Below are positions 9,957 to 20,422 of a DNA stretch of 64,000 nt, one piece after another. This DNA comes from Candidatus Obscuribacterales bacterium (GTDB taxonomy: Bacteria; Cyanobacteriota; Vampirovibrionia; Obscuribacterales; Obscuribacteraceae), in assembly GCA_965228855.1 (NCBI GenBank), contig CBDDIJ010000002.1, positions 2,464,001 to 2,528,000 of the forward strand, given 5' to 3'. Position numbers and translations under genes: made by a program. Every line of letters starts with the position of its first letter. Position 1 is the stretch's first letter. Below the pieces are notes generated by a model, which saw only the letters and a program-made list of their open reading frames with translations, ran no database searches and was not told the origin of the DNA.

Positions 9957-10403
9957 ATGCAACTGCTGGTAATTCTGTTAGTGGTGAACGCTTGTCTTGC
10001 CTGGTTTATGACTGGGCTTATCTGGTTTGTCCAGATCGTGCACTATCCGATGTTCGACATGGCATCCAGAAATGAGTTCGTGCAGTTCGCAAACCGGCAC
10101 TGCCAGTTGACTACGAGCGTTGTTGCACTGCCGATGGTGGCAGAGTTGCTGTGCTCTTTTTTACTTGCTGTCCTCTGGAATGGGAATGGAAAACTTTTAG
10201 TCTGGCTCTCTTTTATTCTTGTCGTCGGAATCTGGTTTTGCACTGTCGCCTATTCAATCCCGAGCCACAACAAGTTCTGCAGTGTTGGATTCGTTCAGGA
10301 AACCCATCAGTATCTAGTAACGACCAATTGGGTCAGAACCATTTTGTGGACCGTCCGCGCAGGGTTGCTGGCTGTTCTTCTCAGTCGACTTCGTTTCAAC
10401 TGA
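9957..10403 (+). CDS. Hypothetical 4-TM membrane protein
   Basis: Hydrophobic segments with GLIWFVQIVHYP and NWVRTILW motifs. Confidence 0.75.
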   Translation: MQLLVILLVVNACLAWFMTGLIWFVQIVHYPMFDMASRNEFVQFANRHCQLTTSVVALPMVAELLCSFLLAVLWNGNGKLLVWLSFILVVGIWFCTVAYSIPSHNKFCSVGFVQETHQYLVTTNWVRTILWTVRAGLLAVLLSRLRFN

Positions 10404-10604
10404 GCTACCGACAGTTTGCAAGTCCGAAAGTTTGTGATAGCTTTACCACCGATTTTAATCGTGAGGTCTGGTAAACCGAGACCGCACTCGCGGTTGCCGC
10501 TACTTAAGCGAAGCCATCCCCGGTCGTATATACTGAGAAGTGGGTGCCGGTCGGCGCCAGTTTGAAAACCTGGTAATACAAGCGGGCTTTGCCTGGAGGC
10601 GAAT

Positions 10605-10913
10605 TTGAGCTCATCTTACAAACCCAAGCGCCTGAAATTCTGGCATGTATTGTTTTGGTTCATGATGATAGCTATCGGGATCAAGGTTGCGATTATCGGT
10701 GCCTTCCTGATGCTGGGGCTCTTGCCTCATGAATTGCTGTTTGCATTCTTTTCCAAGCTCTGGACACTTGGACCGACCTTTATGCTCAACGGCTTAATCG
10801 TATCGAGTGTGGGATTTTTGATTGTCTTTCTCTGCGTCTGGATGCTTATGAAAATGAGCGGAGACTGCAACAAGCCTGACCCCGCCAAGTCGATGGACGA
10901 GTTCTTAACCTGA
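10605..10913 (+). CDS. Small hypothetical membrane protein
   Basis: GGAGG RBS before TTG start; 2-3 hydrophobic segments. Confidence 0.6.
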   Translation: MSSSYKPKRLKFWHVLFWFMMIAIGIKVAIIGAFLMLGLLPHELLFAFFSKLWTLGPTFMLNGLIVSSVGFLIVFLCVWMLMKMSGDCNKPDPAKSMDEFLT

Positions 10914-11132
10914 ACCACGCTTTTAATCTTTGATCTGATCGAGCGCGCTGCGCTTTGCTGCGACCTTGCCGGTCTTTTGGCGGCAGCGCGCGAGTTGTCA
11001 CTAGTAAATATTCGCTCAAACACACGCACAAAACACCCCCACTTTCGGATACTATCTCGATGTGTTCATCGGAGACCGGCTGGTTCGGCTTCGAGACTCT
11101 TTGTTCGCTTGATCACATAGGAATCCATCGTT

Positions 11133-12215
11133 ATGCCTCATATGTTTGAACCGCTCACCGTCCGTGGTGTCACACTGCGAAATCGCATTTGTGTTTCGCC
11201 GATGTGTCAGTATTCGTCAGTCGACGGACATGCAACTGATTGGCACTTGGTTCACCTCGGCTCAAGAGCCGTTGGTGGAGCGGCTCTGGTGATCGCCGAA
11301 GCCACTGCTGTCGAGCCGGAAGGCCGAATTTCTTTTGAGGACGCCGGCATCTGGGCGGACTCTCATATAGAGCCTTTGAAACGCATTACGAAATTTATTG
11401 AAGAGCAAGGCTCGGTGCCAGGAATTCAAATTGCACATGCCGGCCGGAAGGCGAGTACGAAGCGCCCCTGGGAAGGTGGCGGCAAGTTGCCGTTGGATCA
11501 AAACGGTTGGCAACCGGTTGGACCGAGCGCGATTCCATTCGACACAGACTATCTGATGCCGAAAGAATTGACTCTCGACGAAATCGGTGCGATTCAAGAA
11601 AAGTTTATAGCGGCAGTAGAACGAAGTCTCAAAGCCGGCTTTAAATGGATGGAGTTGCACGCTGCTCACGGTTATCTCTGCCATAGTTTTCACTCGCCGT
11701 TGTCTAATCAGCGCAAAGATCAGTATGGTGGCAGCTTTGAAAATCGAATTCGATTCACGATTGAAACCGCCACTAAGGTTCGCAAAGCCTGGCCTCAAGA
11801 GCTGCCGATGAGTGTACGCCTGTCATGCAGCGATTGGGCCGACGGTGGATGGACGATTGAAGAATCAATTGAGCTCAGCAAGCAACTTAAGGCTTTAGGC
11901 GTGGATCTGATTGATTGCAGTTCCGGTGCCGGCACGCCACACGCGAAAATACCTGTGGGTGCGAACTACCAGGTTCAATTTGCCGAAGCGATTAAGCGGG
12001 AAGCTGGTATCATGACTGGTGCCGTCGGAATGATTACCGAGCCGATGCAAGCGGACGCGATCGTTCGTATGGAGCAAGCTGACGTTATCTTCTTGGCTCG
12101 CGAACTTCTTCGTGATCCTTATTGGCCCGTTCACGCTGCACAAATTGTACATAAGTCGGACGCTGTTTCGTTGCCCGATGCCTACCAGTATGCCGCCTAT
12201 CCGAAACGCAAGTAA
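11133..12215 (+). CDS. NADH:flavin oxidoreductase, Old Yellow Enzyme family (YqjM/NamA-like)
   Basis: SPMCQYS, QIAHAGRKAS, HAAHGYL, RELLRDPYW. Confidence 0.95.
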   Translation: MPHMFEPLTVRGVTLRNRICVSPMCQYSSVDGHATDWHLVHLGSRAVGGAALVIAEATAVEPEGRISFEDAGIWADSHIEPLKRITKFIEEQGSVPGIQIAHAGRKASTKRPWEGGGKLPLDQNGWQPVGPSAIPFDTDYLMPKELTLDEIGAIQEKFIAAVERSLKAGFKWMELHAAHGYLCHSFHSPLSNQRKDQYGGSFENRIRFTIETATKVRKAWPQELPMSVRLSCSDWADGGWTIEESIELSKQLKALGVDLIDCSSGAGTPHAKIPVGANYQVQFAEAIKREAGIMTGAVGMITEPMQADAIVRMEQADVIFLARELLRDPYWPVHAAQIVHKSDAVSLPDAYQYAAYPKRK

Positions 12216-12224
12216 AAGGAATTT

Positions 12225-12842
12225 GTGATGAGTAAGTATTCGAAATTAGATAAAGACAAAGCTGTCGTTCTGCTTGTTGATCATCAGGCCGGACTTCTGT
12301 CTCTGGTCCGCGACTTTTCGCCGGATGAGTTTAAAAATAACGTTTTGGCGCTCGCCGACATCGCGAAATTTTTTAAATTACCGACGATATTAACGACCAG
12401 TTTTGAGCAGGGACCGAACGGTCCCCTGGTGCCGGAGTTGAAGCAGATGTTTCCTGATGCTCCATACATTGCTCGCCCTGGTCAGATCAACGCCTGGGAC
12501 AATGAAGAATTCGTTGCCGCCGTCAAAAAGACCGGGCGGAAACAGTTGATCATTGCAGGTGTAGTGACAGATGTTTGTGTGGCTTTCCCTGCTTTGTCGG
12601 CGCTGGAAGAGGGCTTCGAAGTATTCGTAGTTACCGACGCATCCGGCACGTTCAATCCCGTGGTGCGTGATGCGGCATGGGCCCGAATGTCTGCAAACGG
12701 CGCGCAGCTAATGAACTGGTTCAGCGTCGCGTGTGAACTGCATCGCGATTGGCGCAATGATATCGAGGGATTAGGAACGCTCCTTGCGAACCATTTGCCA
12801 GCGTACGTCAACTTAATGCAGAGCTACTCCGTTAAAAAGTAG
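12225..12842 (+). CDS. ycaC: Isochorismatase-family cysteine hydrolase YcaC
   Basis: LLVDHQAGL, RPGQINAWDN, GVVTDVCVAFP, ELHRDWR. Confidence 0.93.
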   Translation: MMSKYSKLDKDKAVVLLVDHQAGLLSLVRDFSPDEFKNNVLALADIAKFFKLPTILTTSFEQGPNGPLVPELKQMFPDAPYIARPGQINAWDNEEFVAAVKKTGRKQLIIAGVVTDVCVAFPALSALEEGFEVFVVTDASGTFNPVVRDAAWARMSANGAQLMNWFSVACELHRDWRNDIEGLGTLLANHLPAYVNLMQSYSVKK

Positions 12843-12855
12843 CTCTGCCAGTTTC

Positions 12856-13710
12856 CTACGGTGTATTGCCGTTGGTGTTTTGTTGCCGTCTTTGTTGATG
12901 TCGCTGCTTCATCTCATTAACAAACTGGTCACGCTGCGCTTGCTCATTCGCATCGAGTGAACCGTCACCGTTGGCGTCAAATCGTTGCATCAGCTTTTGC
13001 TGACGCTCTTGTTTTTTGCCGTTGTTCCAGTCGCCGGCGACATTGCTTCGGTTTTTGCCGCGAAAACCGCCAAAGTTTTCCATTGGACCACCGGCGCCCT
13101 GGTTGCCGTCTCCGGGAGGACCAAACTCGCCAGGCCCACCAGGCGGTCCGAATTGTCCGGGTCCCTGACCTCCGTTTCCCTGACCTCCGAAACCGGGACC
13201 GCCATTTCCGCTGCCGCTCAGACCGCCACCGCCGAACCCTCCACCCTGTCCGCCAAAACCGCCAGGACCGCCATGGCGTCCGCCGCGTCCTTTACCAAAC
13301 TTCTCCCGCAGTTCCTGGGCTTTTGCTTTCTCCGAAGCATCCAGGGTGCCGTCACCGTTAGCGTCGAACCGTTGCATAAACTTGGCTCGTCTGGCTTCAC
13401 GGTCGGCTTCGCTGCCGCCGAAACCACCGCCCTGCCCAGGTCCACCGCCCCCCATGAAGCCGCCCTGTCCGGGTCCGCCCTGGCCTTGCCCTCCGAATCC
13501 TCCACGCCTTCCAGCGTGTTTACCTTGCCAGCCACCGGCTTCATTAATAGGTGGAGCAACCTGAGGCGGCTGTTCATCGGGTGTGCCCTGTGCAGGTGGT
13601 GGCTGATTCGGGTCTGTTTGAGCCCCGACCTGGGCCATCGCGGCTGGCGCCAGGGTTGTTAAGGCTGTCAAAAGCGAACCCAGCGCTATCAATCGGTTTA
13701 AGTTTCTCAT
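12856..13710 (-). CDS. Secreted Gly-rich protein with two EF-hand motifs
   Basis: Signal peptide (..APAAMA-Q); two RFDANGDGxLDAxE loops separated by G/P/Q/F-rich linkers. Confidence 0.82.
   Translation of the reverse strand: MRNLNRLIALGSLLTALTTLAPAAMAQVGAQTDPNQPPPAQGTPDEQPPQVAPPINEAGGWQGKHAGRRGGFGGQGQGGPGQGGFMGGGGPGQGGGFGGSEADREARRAKFMQRFDANGDGTLDASEKAKAQELREKFGKGRGGRHGGPGGFGGQGGGFGGGGLSGSGNGGPGFGGQGNGGQGPGQFGPPGGPGEFGPPGDGNQGAGGPMENFGGFRGKNRSNVAGDWNNGKKQERQQKLMQRFDANGDGSLDANEQAQRDQFVNEMKQRHQQRRQQNTNGNTP
12962..13377. repeat. Internal 29-bp duplication encoding the two EF-hands
   Basis: ccgtcaccgttggcgtcaaatcgttgcat (12962-12990) vs ccgtcaccgttagcgtcgaaccgttgcat (13349-13377), 26/29 identical. 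Confidence 0.85.
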
Positions 13711-13797
13711 ACAGGATAACTCCGTAAAATGGGCTCAGGGCGTCAACGCCACCAGGGCGGGCGTTTCGCTCCGGGAAGAACGTCTAGACTAGATAGG

Positions 13798-13824
13798 TAG
13801 ACGCAGTTCCGAGATAAAAAGTTC
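13798..13824 (-). promoter_or_regulatory. Putative ECF-sigma (sigmaE-like) promoter for the EF-hand gene
   Basis: Minus strand GAACTT-N16-GTCTA, about 90 nt upstream of ATG 13710. Confidence 0.45.
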
Positions 13825-13912
13825 AATGCCGTCACAAGTTCTGAAAAAGTTTAATCAAACTTGCTAGGTATGCTATCAAGTGATAGTGAGTGAATGATGA
13901 GGAGATCCGTAG

Positions 13913-14791
13913 GTGTCTTCGGAAAATACTGAGAAGTTTTTCGAGCGTTACCGCGACGATAAGGATAAGTACGGCTTCAACCTGAAGTCCTGCAAGGACT
14001 CAGAGCCGTTTTTCCGCTTCCTGTACCAGAGATGGTTCGACGTCACGATTGTCGGGCTGGAAAACATTCCTGACGATGGTCGGGCGGTCATGTACGGAAA
14101 TCATTCGGGCGTCTTGCCCATCGACGGCGTGATGCTGTACGACGGCATAATTAACGACCATCCGAATCCTCGCCGCATTCGCTTTCTGGTTAATGAGTTC
14201 ATCCGAAAGTCGCCGGGTGCAGGTGGTATCATTCGCGGTTTCGGCGGCGTTCCTGCAAAGTATGATGTTGCCGTTGAACTTCTCAAGGATGAGGAGCTGG
14301 TGTTCTTCTATCCGGAAGCCGAAAAGGGCACGGGGAAACTCTACAAAGACCGCTACAAGTTGCAGGAGTTCAATCCTGGATTCGTCAAAGCGGCCCTGGA
14401 GACCGACTCTAAACTGATACCAGTTGTCACCGTGGGTGGTGACGAGATTTATCCACTTTTAGGAAATTTGAAACCATTTGCAGATCTCATTGGCGCTCCG
14501 TACTGGCCGATTACGCCCTTTTTCCCACTTCTCCCATTTCCATTGAGCGCAATGCCGCTGCCGGTCAAGATTCTGATTTGCGTCGGCAAACCATTCGAGT
14601 TGGATATCCCCAGAGAAAAGGCAGATGATCACGCCATCGTGGATGCGGAAGCCAGGAAGCTGCGTCAGAACATACAATCGACGCTGGACGACCTCCTGTT
14701 GCTTCGGGTTAATCGCTACATGAAGTGGGATTTGCAGAAGGTTCAGCGCTATTACGATGAGCATATTGTAAACGTCAATATGAACGCCTGA
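13913..14791 (+). CDS. Lysophospholipid/glycerol acyltransferase (PlsC family)
   Basis: VGLENIP, NHSGVLPID (HX4D), FYPEAEKG, LIPVVTVG; GAGGAG RBS before GTG. Confidence 0.9.
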   Translation: MSSENTEKFFERYRDDKDKYGFNLKSCKDSEPFFRFLYQRWFDVTIVGLENIPDDGRAVMYGNHSGVLPIDGVMLYDGIINDHPNPRRIRFLVNEFIRKSPGAGGIIRGFGGVPAKYDVAVELLKDEELVFFYPEAEKGTGKLYKDRYKLQEFNPGFVKAALETDSKLIPVVTVGGDEIYPLLGNLKPFADLIGAPYWPITPFFPLLPFPLSAMPLPVKILICVGKPFELDIPREKADDHAIVDAEARKLRQNIQSTLDDLLLLRVNRYMKWDLQKVQRYYDEHIVNVNMNA

Positions 14792-14931
14792 GCTGGTTCT
14801 AGGTTGTTTGATTTGAGTGTCTGCGCGCACGTTTAACATCGATATAACTTGGACCCCGCTAAAATTCTCGTGCGGTACAGTAAGGGGATCGCCAGGAGCG
14901 AATCCGGCAGATCGCAGGAGATTTTAAGAGT

Positions 14932-15993
14932 ATGAGATTTAAGTCGCGTTTGTTTGGCTCGCTGAGCGCATTTTTGCTTGCATCGTCTGTGGTGGCATGC
15001 CAGCCGGGAGTGGCTTCTGATCAGCATTGGGGATACGTCAATGTGAAAGGCGACTTTATAATCAAACCTACTTATCTAAATGCGGGTAACTTCAGGGATG
15101 GCTTAGCCCCTGTGCGCGTCAAGGTTGAAAGAGATGGCAACTCTGACGAACGCTGGGGTTTCATCAACAAACAGGGCGAAATGACTATTGAAGCTAAGTT
15201 TGATGAAGTGCTCGAGTTTCAAAACGGTCTGGCTCCAGCGAGGCTACCTGATGGTAAGTGGGGTTATATCGATAAAACCGGAACCTTCGTGATCGAACCT
15301 CAATTCGATCGTGCCGACTGTTTCTCCGATGGACTGGCGGCTGCGTCTGATGGCTCCAACTGGGGATTTATAGACCAGCGAGGTAATTGGGTTATTAAAC
15401 CGCAATATCAGATCGCTTGCCGTTTCTCCGGAGATCGCGCCGCCGTGCTGCACAACGATGGAACCGGGATGTTATCGTTGAGCGTGCGGGACGATATTTA
15501 CACTGCTCACGGTGGTCACTGGAATTACATCGATAAATCGGGGAAGGTCGTGATTGATTCACTCTTCGACGGGAGTGGTATCTTCGGTGATGGCTTGGCG
15601 CCGGCGGCTGTGGGCGCTAATCAAGGTGTTGCTGTTCCTGATAAATGGGGCTTTGTGAATAAGTCCGGTATGCTCATTGTTAAGCCGCAGTTTGCTGCTG
15701 TTCATGCGCCATCTGAAGGCATGGCTGCGGTTCAAACCGGACAGTGGAAAAAGATCGGACAGGGTTTTAAAACCTGGATGCCCGGTAAATGGGGATATAT
15801 CAATACTAAAGGCAAGCAGGTCGTCAAATCTCAGTTTGACGGTGCGGATCCATTTTCGGAAGGACTCGCAGGTGTTCGAGTCGATGGAAAGTGGGGATAC
15901 ATCGACAAGACAGGAAAGATTGTGATTGAACCAAAGTATAAATATAATGGGGCTTTTTACGAAGAATTGGCGCCGGTTTGCGTTACACAATAA
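14932..15993 (+). CDS. WG-repeat protein, probable lipoprotein
   Basis: Repeated WG(Y/F)I(D/N)KxG and FxDGLA units; lipobox-like VVAC after a hydrophobic stretch. Confidence 0.92.
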   Translation: MRFKSRLFGSLSAFLLASSVVACQPGVASDQHWGYVNVKGDFIIKPTYLNAGNFRDGLAPVRVKVERDGNSDERWGFINKQGEMTIEAKFDEVLEFQNGLAPARLPDGKWGYIDKTGTFVIEPQFDRADCFSDGLAAASDGSNWGFIDQRGNWVIKPQYQIACRFSGDRAAVLHNDGTGMLSLSVRDDIYTAHGGHWNYIDKSGKVVIDSLFDGSGIFGDGLAPAAVGANQGVAVPDKWGFVNKSGMLIVKPQFAAVHAPSEGMAAVQTGQWKKIGQGFKTWMPGKWGYINTKGKQVVKSQFDGADPFSEGLAGVRVDGKWGYIDKTGKIVIEPKYKYNGAFYEELAPVCVTQ

Positions 15994-16005
15994 TTGATGT
16001 AACAG

Positions 16006-16023
16006 CGTTCAATCGATTGAACG
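16006..16023. terminator. Perfect 18-bp palindrome just after the WG gene (terminator or binding site)
   Basis: CGTTCAATCGATTGAACG is self-complementary; no U-tract follows. Confidence 0.35.
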
Positions 16024-16575
16024 GCGTTCCCCAAAGTGATACCACTGACGATGTCAGTCTGTGGACGCTGTAGGTGCTTTTTTACGGGATCTGCGATTCA
16101 CAGAAAAGCGATATGATGCTAAATATGGTGCCACCAGAGTCACTGTATGTGGTGTCACTTGTCGGGCGTGGGTCGAAAAACGAGCCGATTATTTGTCCGC
16201 CGTCCGAAGGTGGCCCTTCAAGTCCATTTGCAAATCGGACTCAAAAGCCGTACCCAGGGCTAATCCTGCTTATAAATATTAGTGTGAAAGAAGTCATGAT
16301 TTATGGGTATAAAACTGCTGATTACCTTCGACATCCCTTGTCGAGTCTGGGATAGACGTCCAGTTCCAACAGTAAGCCACTTGGACCCGGACCTACATCT
16401 CCCCTGAATTAAGAGTCGACGCTCGATTTAGAGTCACTCATGAGGCGTTTGTATGGATGTAATCACGTATCGAAACTGCGGGGAACCGTGGAATAGCTCC
16501 CGAGTTCCACGAAAATGCCACAGATTTTAGCTTAGTATTATTAGCTCGCAGTTTCTTTAGTCAGGATGCTCAGGA

Positions 16576-17955
16576 ATGAATACGATGTCAACATCGAGGT
16601 CGATGCAGAGTGAAAAGATGGCAACGGGGGAGTTTTACAAACCCGAGGTAGTTCTGGACAACGTCGCCAGGTCGTCGAAAACCGAAGAGGGCGTGATCGT
16701 CATATCCACGCGCGACCTGACAGGAAGAATCGGAGTTCAAAATAACTCGCTGATTATCGGAGCGGTCGTCGACAGCACGGGGGAAACTGGAAACGCCGCC
16801 CTGTGCAAGCTTTTGTTGCTGCCATACGGCACTTACACGTTCCGGAAAGCCATTCCGATGGACAACTTCCATCTCCAGCAGGACTTGAATCTGACGTTCG
16901 AAGACGTCAAACGATTCATCGGCGGACATAACTCAATCGGTCTGGCTAACACCGCTGAGCAAGTTTTGAAAAATTTCCGTCCCGGACAAAATGCTCATAA
17001 GGCCAACACTGTGCCGACCGGCGACTTCGACTGGGAAACCACCGGTTTTAGAACCAAGTTCGACGATATTGTCGGGGACGCCGATTACGAGCCAATTGCG
17101 CAGCCGATTGACCGAGAGATTTACGAATCTTACATGAGCGATTGCAATCTCATTCTCGAGGCAATCAAAGAGAAACGCACCGAAGAGATTGAGATGCTTC
17201 ACGTGCTGTCCGAGCCGAGCAAACGTGCTCAAGAAGAAGCTCTACTGAAGCCGGGTCCGCTGCCGACGCGGAAGAAGAAGACCGCCCTCAAAATCGAACC
17301 AATGTGGATTGTGGCAGCGGCCTGCGTGGTTCTTGGTTTTGGCGGCTTCACGATGTTCAGCCAGAATGCGATGATTATGCGCAATGACGCGGCTCAAACG
17401 GCTGCGACCGAGGCTCCGGCTGATCAGGTCGTCGCTAGTGCGCAGGAGCCGGCGAAGCCGACTCCCTCAGCAAGTGGAACTGCACCATATGCGTTCCCCA
17501 ACCAATCGACTTCGCCTCCGCCAAACCCCACGCCGGCGGAGCCTCCGCCTGATACCTCCTCTGATACAAGTGCTGAAGACGACGCGGCGTCATTGGGACC
17601 GGCGCCTGCTCCGGTCTCTGCCGGCTCTGCGAACCTGGCGCCTGCGCCTGCCGCTTCGGCTGCCGGTAATGACGAGGTCATGCGCTACAGCGACGCCGTA
17701 CGCAAAAATCCAGGTGACATTGGGGCGCGCCGTTCCCTCGCCTACGCATACCTCGTAGCCGGCAACGCCCCTGCATCGCTCGAGCAGTTCTACACCGTCA
17801 TGAAGGTTCAGAAGGTCGACTCCTCTGAAATTATCGAGTATGCGGACAATATGATGGCTTTCTGCGGGCGGAGTGCCGCTAAGCAGTTCCTGACCGACAT
17901 GGTGCGCATCGATCCAAATTCGACGGTGCTGAGGCAGAAATTGCAGTCGATGTAG
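16576..17955 (+). CDS. Hypothetical membrane protein: DUF4388/PATAN-like N-terminus, TM, Pro/Ala linker, TPR-like C-terminus
   Basis: TGRIGV...GNAALCKLL..GTYTF pattern; TM WIVAAACVVLGFGGF; NPGDIGARRSLAYAY TPR-like helix pair. Confidence 0.65.
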   Translation: MNTMSTSRSMQSEKMATGEFYKPEVVLDNVARSSKTEEGVIVISTRDLTGRIGVQNNSLIIGAVVDSTGETGNAALCKLLLLPYGTYTFRKAIPMDNFHLQQDLNLTFEDVKRFIGGHNSIGLANTAEQVLKNFRPGQNAHKANTVPTGDFDWETTGFRTKFDDIVGDADYEPIAQPIDREIYESYMSDCNLILEAIKEKRTEEIEMLHVLSEPSKRAQEEALLKPGPLPTRKKKTALKIEPMWIVAAACVVLGFGGFTMFSQNAMIMRNDAAQTAATEAPADQVVASAQEPAKPTPSASGTAPYAFPNQSTSPPPNPTPAEPPPDTSSDTSAEDDAASLGPAPAPVSAGSANLAPAPAASAAGNDEVMRYSDAVRKNPGDIGARRSLAYAYLVAGNAPASLEQFYTVMKVQKVDSSEIIEYADNMMAFCGRSAAKQFLTDMVRIDPNSTVLRQKLQSM

Positions 17956-18076
17956 TCAGGACCAGCACATCGCCAGTTGCAAATGTGGTAACTTCATAGC
18001 CGTTCGGTCGGCGCACAAGGTGTTTGACTGCGAGCCGAGCAAGTGAAGTCACAGTCGCCACCTTTGCAGGATAGTT

Positions 18077-20422
18077 ATGAAACGCGCATCGTTCGTCTGT
18101 TTGCTCTTGATGTTGATCTTGACCTTTGCGTCATCGTTTGGACCGGTGCAAGCTCTTGATTTGTCCGGTATGCAAAAGATCGGCAGTGTTCGAAAGGTTG
18201 CTAAAAGCAATGACGGAGTAATTATCGATTGCGATGATGAAAGCCAGGTGTTATTGAGAGTATTAGCACCGGATTTGGTGCGTGTGCGGGTCGGGTTTAA
18301 AAAGCCGATTCCGGCAAAAGATAACTCCTGGGCTATTGAGAAGAAAAACTGGGAGCCGGTTTCTGCGACTATCAACGAGAGCGGTGATTCTGTTTCCATT
18401 GAAACAACCGAACTGCGAGTCGTTGTGAACAAAGCTCCGCTTCAGATATCTTTCTATGACGCGAAGAGCGGTCAATTAATCAATAAAGACAACCAACCGA
18501 TGCAGTTCAATTCGAGCGGGTCCGTAGCAGCGGTGAAAGCGCTTGGATTTGAAGAGCACTTTTATGGTCTGGGTGAGAAGGCTGCGCGTCTCGACAAGCG
18601 CCGCGAGGCGTATCAGATGTGGTCGATGGATATGCCCGGCTATGTACTGGGAACAGATCCGATTTACCAGAGCATTCCGTTTTACATCGGGCATGTCATG
18701 GATCGCAACCAAGCAGGCGATTGGAAGGGCACCGCATACGGTATCTTCTTTGATAATAGCTATCGAACAAAGTTCGACCTGGCCAGCGGCGATCCTGAGA
18801 ATGTAGTTTTTCAAGCCGATGGTGGTGAGATGAACTACTACTTTTTCTTCGGTCCACAGATGAAGAAAGTTGTAAATCGCTATACAGAATTGACAGGACG
18901 AATGCCCATGCCTCCGAGATGGGCTTTGGGTCACCAGCAGAGCCGATATAGCTATGGAAATGCACAGCAAATCAAGGACGTTGTTGAACGGTATCGCGAA
19001 GAAAAAATTCCGCTCGATGTGATGCACTTCGACATTCATTACATGGATGGCTACCGCGATTTCACCTGGAATAATGAGCGTTTTCCAGACCCGAAAGGTT
19101 TGGTTTCGTGGCTGGGAGAGCGTGGTGTTAAGGCTGTCACAATCATCGATCCAGGTGTTAAGTACGAACCTGGTGGCAACTACAGTGTATATAACGAGGG
19201 TGTAGAGAAAAATTATTTCTTGAAGAAAACCAACGGCGAAACTTACGTTGGAAAAGTCTGGCCTGACAAGTCAGTGTTTGTTGATTACACTCTTCCGGAA
19301 GCTGCGAAGTGGTGGGGCGATCAGCATAAATCTCTACTGGACATCGGCATTGCCGGTATCTGGAATGACATGAACGAACCCGCGGACTTTGAGAGTCGCG
19401 ATGGTGAGAAGTGGAAGGATGTCGTTAACTACGATAATGGCGAGAACTCCAAACACAACAAGATGCGCAACCTCTTTGCCATGTTGGAGTGCAAATCAAC
19501 CTATGAAGGTTTGTCGAGATTGCGTCCAAACGAACGTCCCTACATTATTACTCGCAGCGGCTTTGCCGGTATTCAGCGCTATGCCACCATGTGGACCGGT
19601 GACAGTCCGAGCACTTGGGATGCTATGGCATTGAGCATTCCGATGTTCCAATCTCTGGGATTGTCGGGGCAGCCGTTTGTCGGTTCGGATTGCGGCGGTT
19701 ATATGGGAAGATGCGACGGCGAGTTGCTAACGCGTTGGTATCAGATTGGATTCCTCTCTCCGTTTTTTCGAAACCATCACGCCGTCGATTATTACGATCA
19801 AGAGCCGTGGAGATTCGGAAAACGCTACGAAGACATAATTCGCAAGTATGTTCAATTACGGTACAAACTGATGCCGTATCTCTACACTGTGCTTTCCGAG
19901 GCGCATGACACTGGAGTACCCTGGTTTCGTCCTCTCATTCTTGAATACCAGGACGACTATAATGTGCTGAATATCGATGACGAATTTATGGTTGGTGACA
20001 AACTGCTGGTAGCACCTGTAGTATCAAAAGGCGCCACTACGCGTGATGTCTATCTTCCAACCGGTGAATGGTTTGAATATGCTACCGGTAAAAGGCATGG
20101 CGGTGGACGCTGGATCAACGTGCAAGCGCCTCTTGATACCGTTCCTATGTTCGTTAAGGCCGGGTCTGTTTTACCTGTCGGGCAAGTTGGAGATAGTCTT
20201 GCGCAATCTGCAATTGCGCCGGTCAGTTACGAAGTCTATCCCGATAAAAATGGAAGCGCACTCGGTGCTCTCTATGAGGATGATGGAGCGACGCTCGCCT
20301 ATCTAAAAGGTGACAGCAAGAGTTACGAATTGCGGTACATTAGCAATAAGCTTATGTCTGGGGCATCGGACGAGAAGGAAGATCGCGAGATTCCTGCTAG
20401 TTCAGTGAAGGTATTTGAGTAA
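18077..20422 (+). CDS. Glycoside hydrolase family 31 (alpha-glucosidase-like), secreted
   Basis: Signal peptide; YGLGE, PPRWALG, catalytic WNDMNEP and WTGD, PFFRNH. Confidence 0.95.
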   Translation: MKRASFVCLLLMLILTFASSFGPVQALDLSGMQKIGSVRKVAKSNDGVIIDCDDESQVLLRVLAPDLVRVRVGFKKPIPAKDNSWAIEKKNWEPVSATINESGDSVSIETTELRVVVNKAPLQISFYDAKSGQLINKDNQPMQFNSSGSVAAVKALGFEEHFYGLGEKAARLDKRREAYQMWSMDMPGYVLGTDPIYQSIPFYIGHVMDRNQAGDWKGTAYGIFFDNSYRTKFDLASGDPENVVFQADGGEMNYYFFFGPQMKKVVNRYTELTGRMPMPPRWALGHQQSRYSYGNAQQIKDVVERYREEKIPLDVMHFDIHYMDGYRDFTWNNERFPDPKGLVSWLGERGVKAVTIIDPGVKYEPGGNYSVYNEGVEKNYFLKKTNGETYVGKVWPDKSVFVDYTLPEAAKWWGDQHKSLLDIGIAGIWNDMNEPADFESRDGEKWKDVVNYDNGENSKHNKMRNLFAMLECKSTYEGLSRLRPNERPYIITRSGFAGIQRYATMWTGDSPSTWDAMALSIPMFQSLGLSGQPFVGSDCGGYMGRCDGELLTRWYQIGFLSPFFRNHHAVDYYDQEPWRFGKRYEDIIRKYVQLRYKLMPYLYTVLSEAHDTGVPWFRPLILEYQDDYNVLNIDDEFMVGDKLLVAPVVSKGATTRDVYLPTGEWFEYATGKRHGGGRWINVQAPLDTVPMFVKAGSVLPVGQVGDSLAQSAIAPVSYEVYPDKNGSALGALYEDDGATLAYLKGDSKSYELRYISNKLMSGASDEKEDREIPASSVKVFE

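Noticed and set aside
13100..13520. GC-rich repetitive DNA as a possible repeat element
   Set aside because: Explained by Gly/Pro-rich low-complexity coding sequence of the EF-hand protein.
16061..16355. 73-aa and 93-aa ORFs in the long intergenic region
   Set aside because: Non-ATG starts, no RBS and atypical composition.
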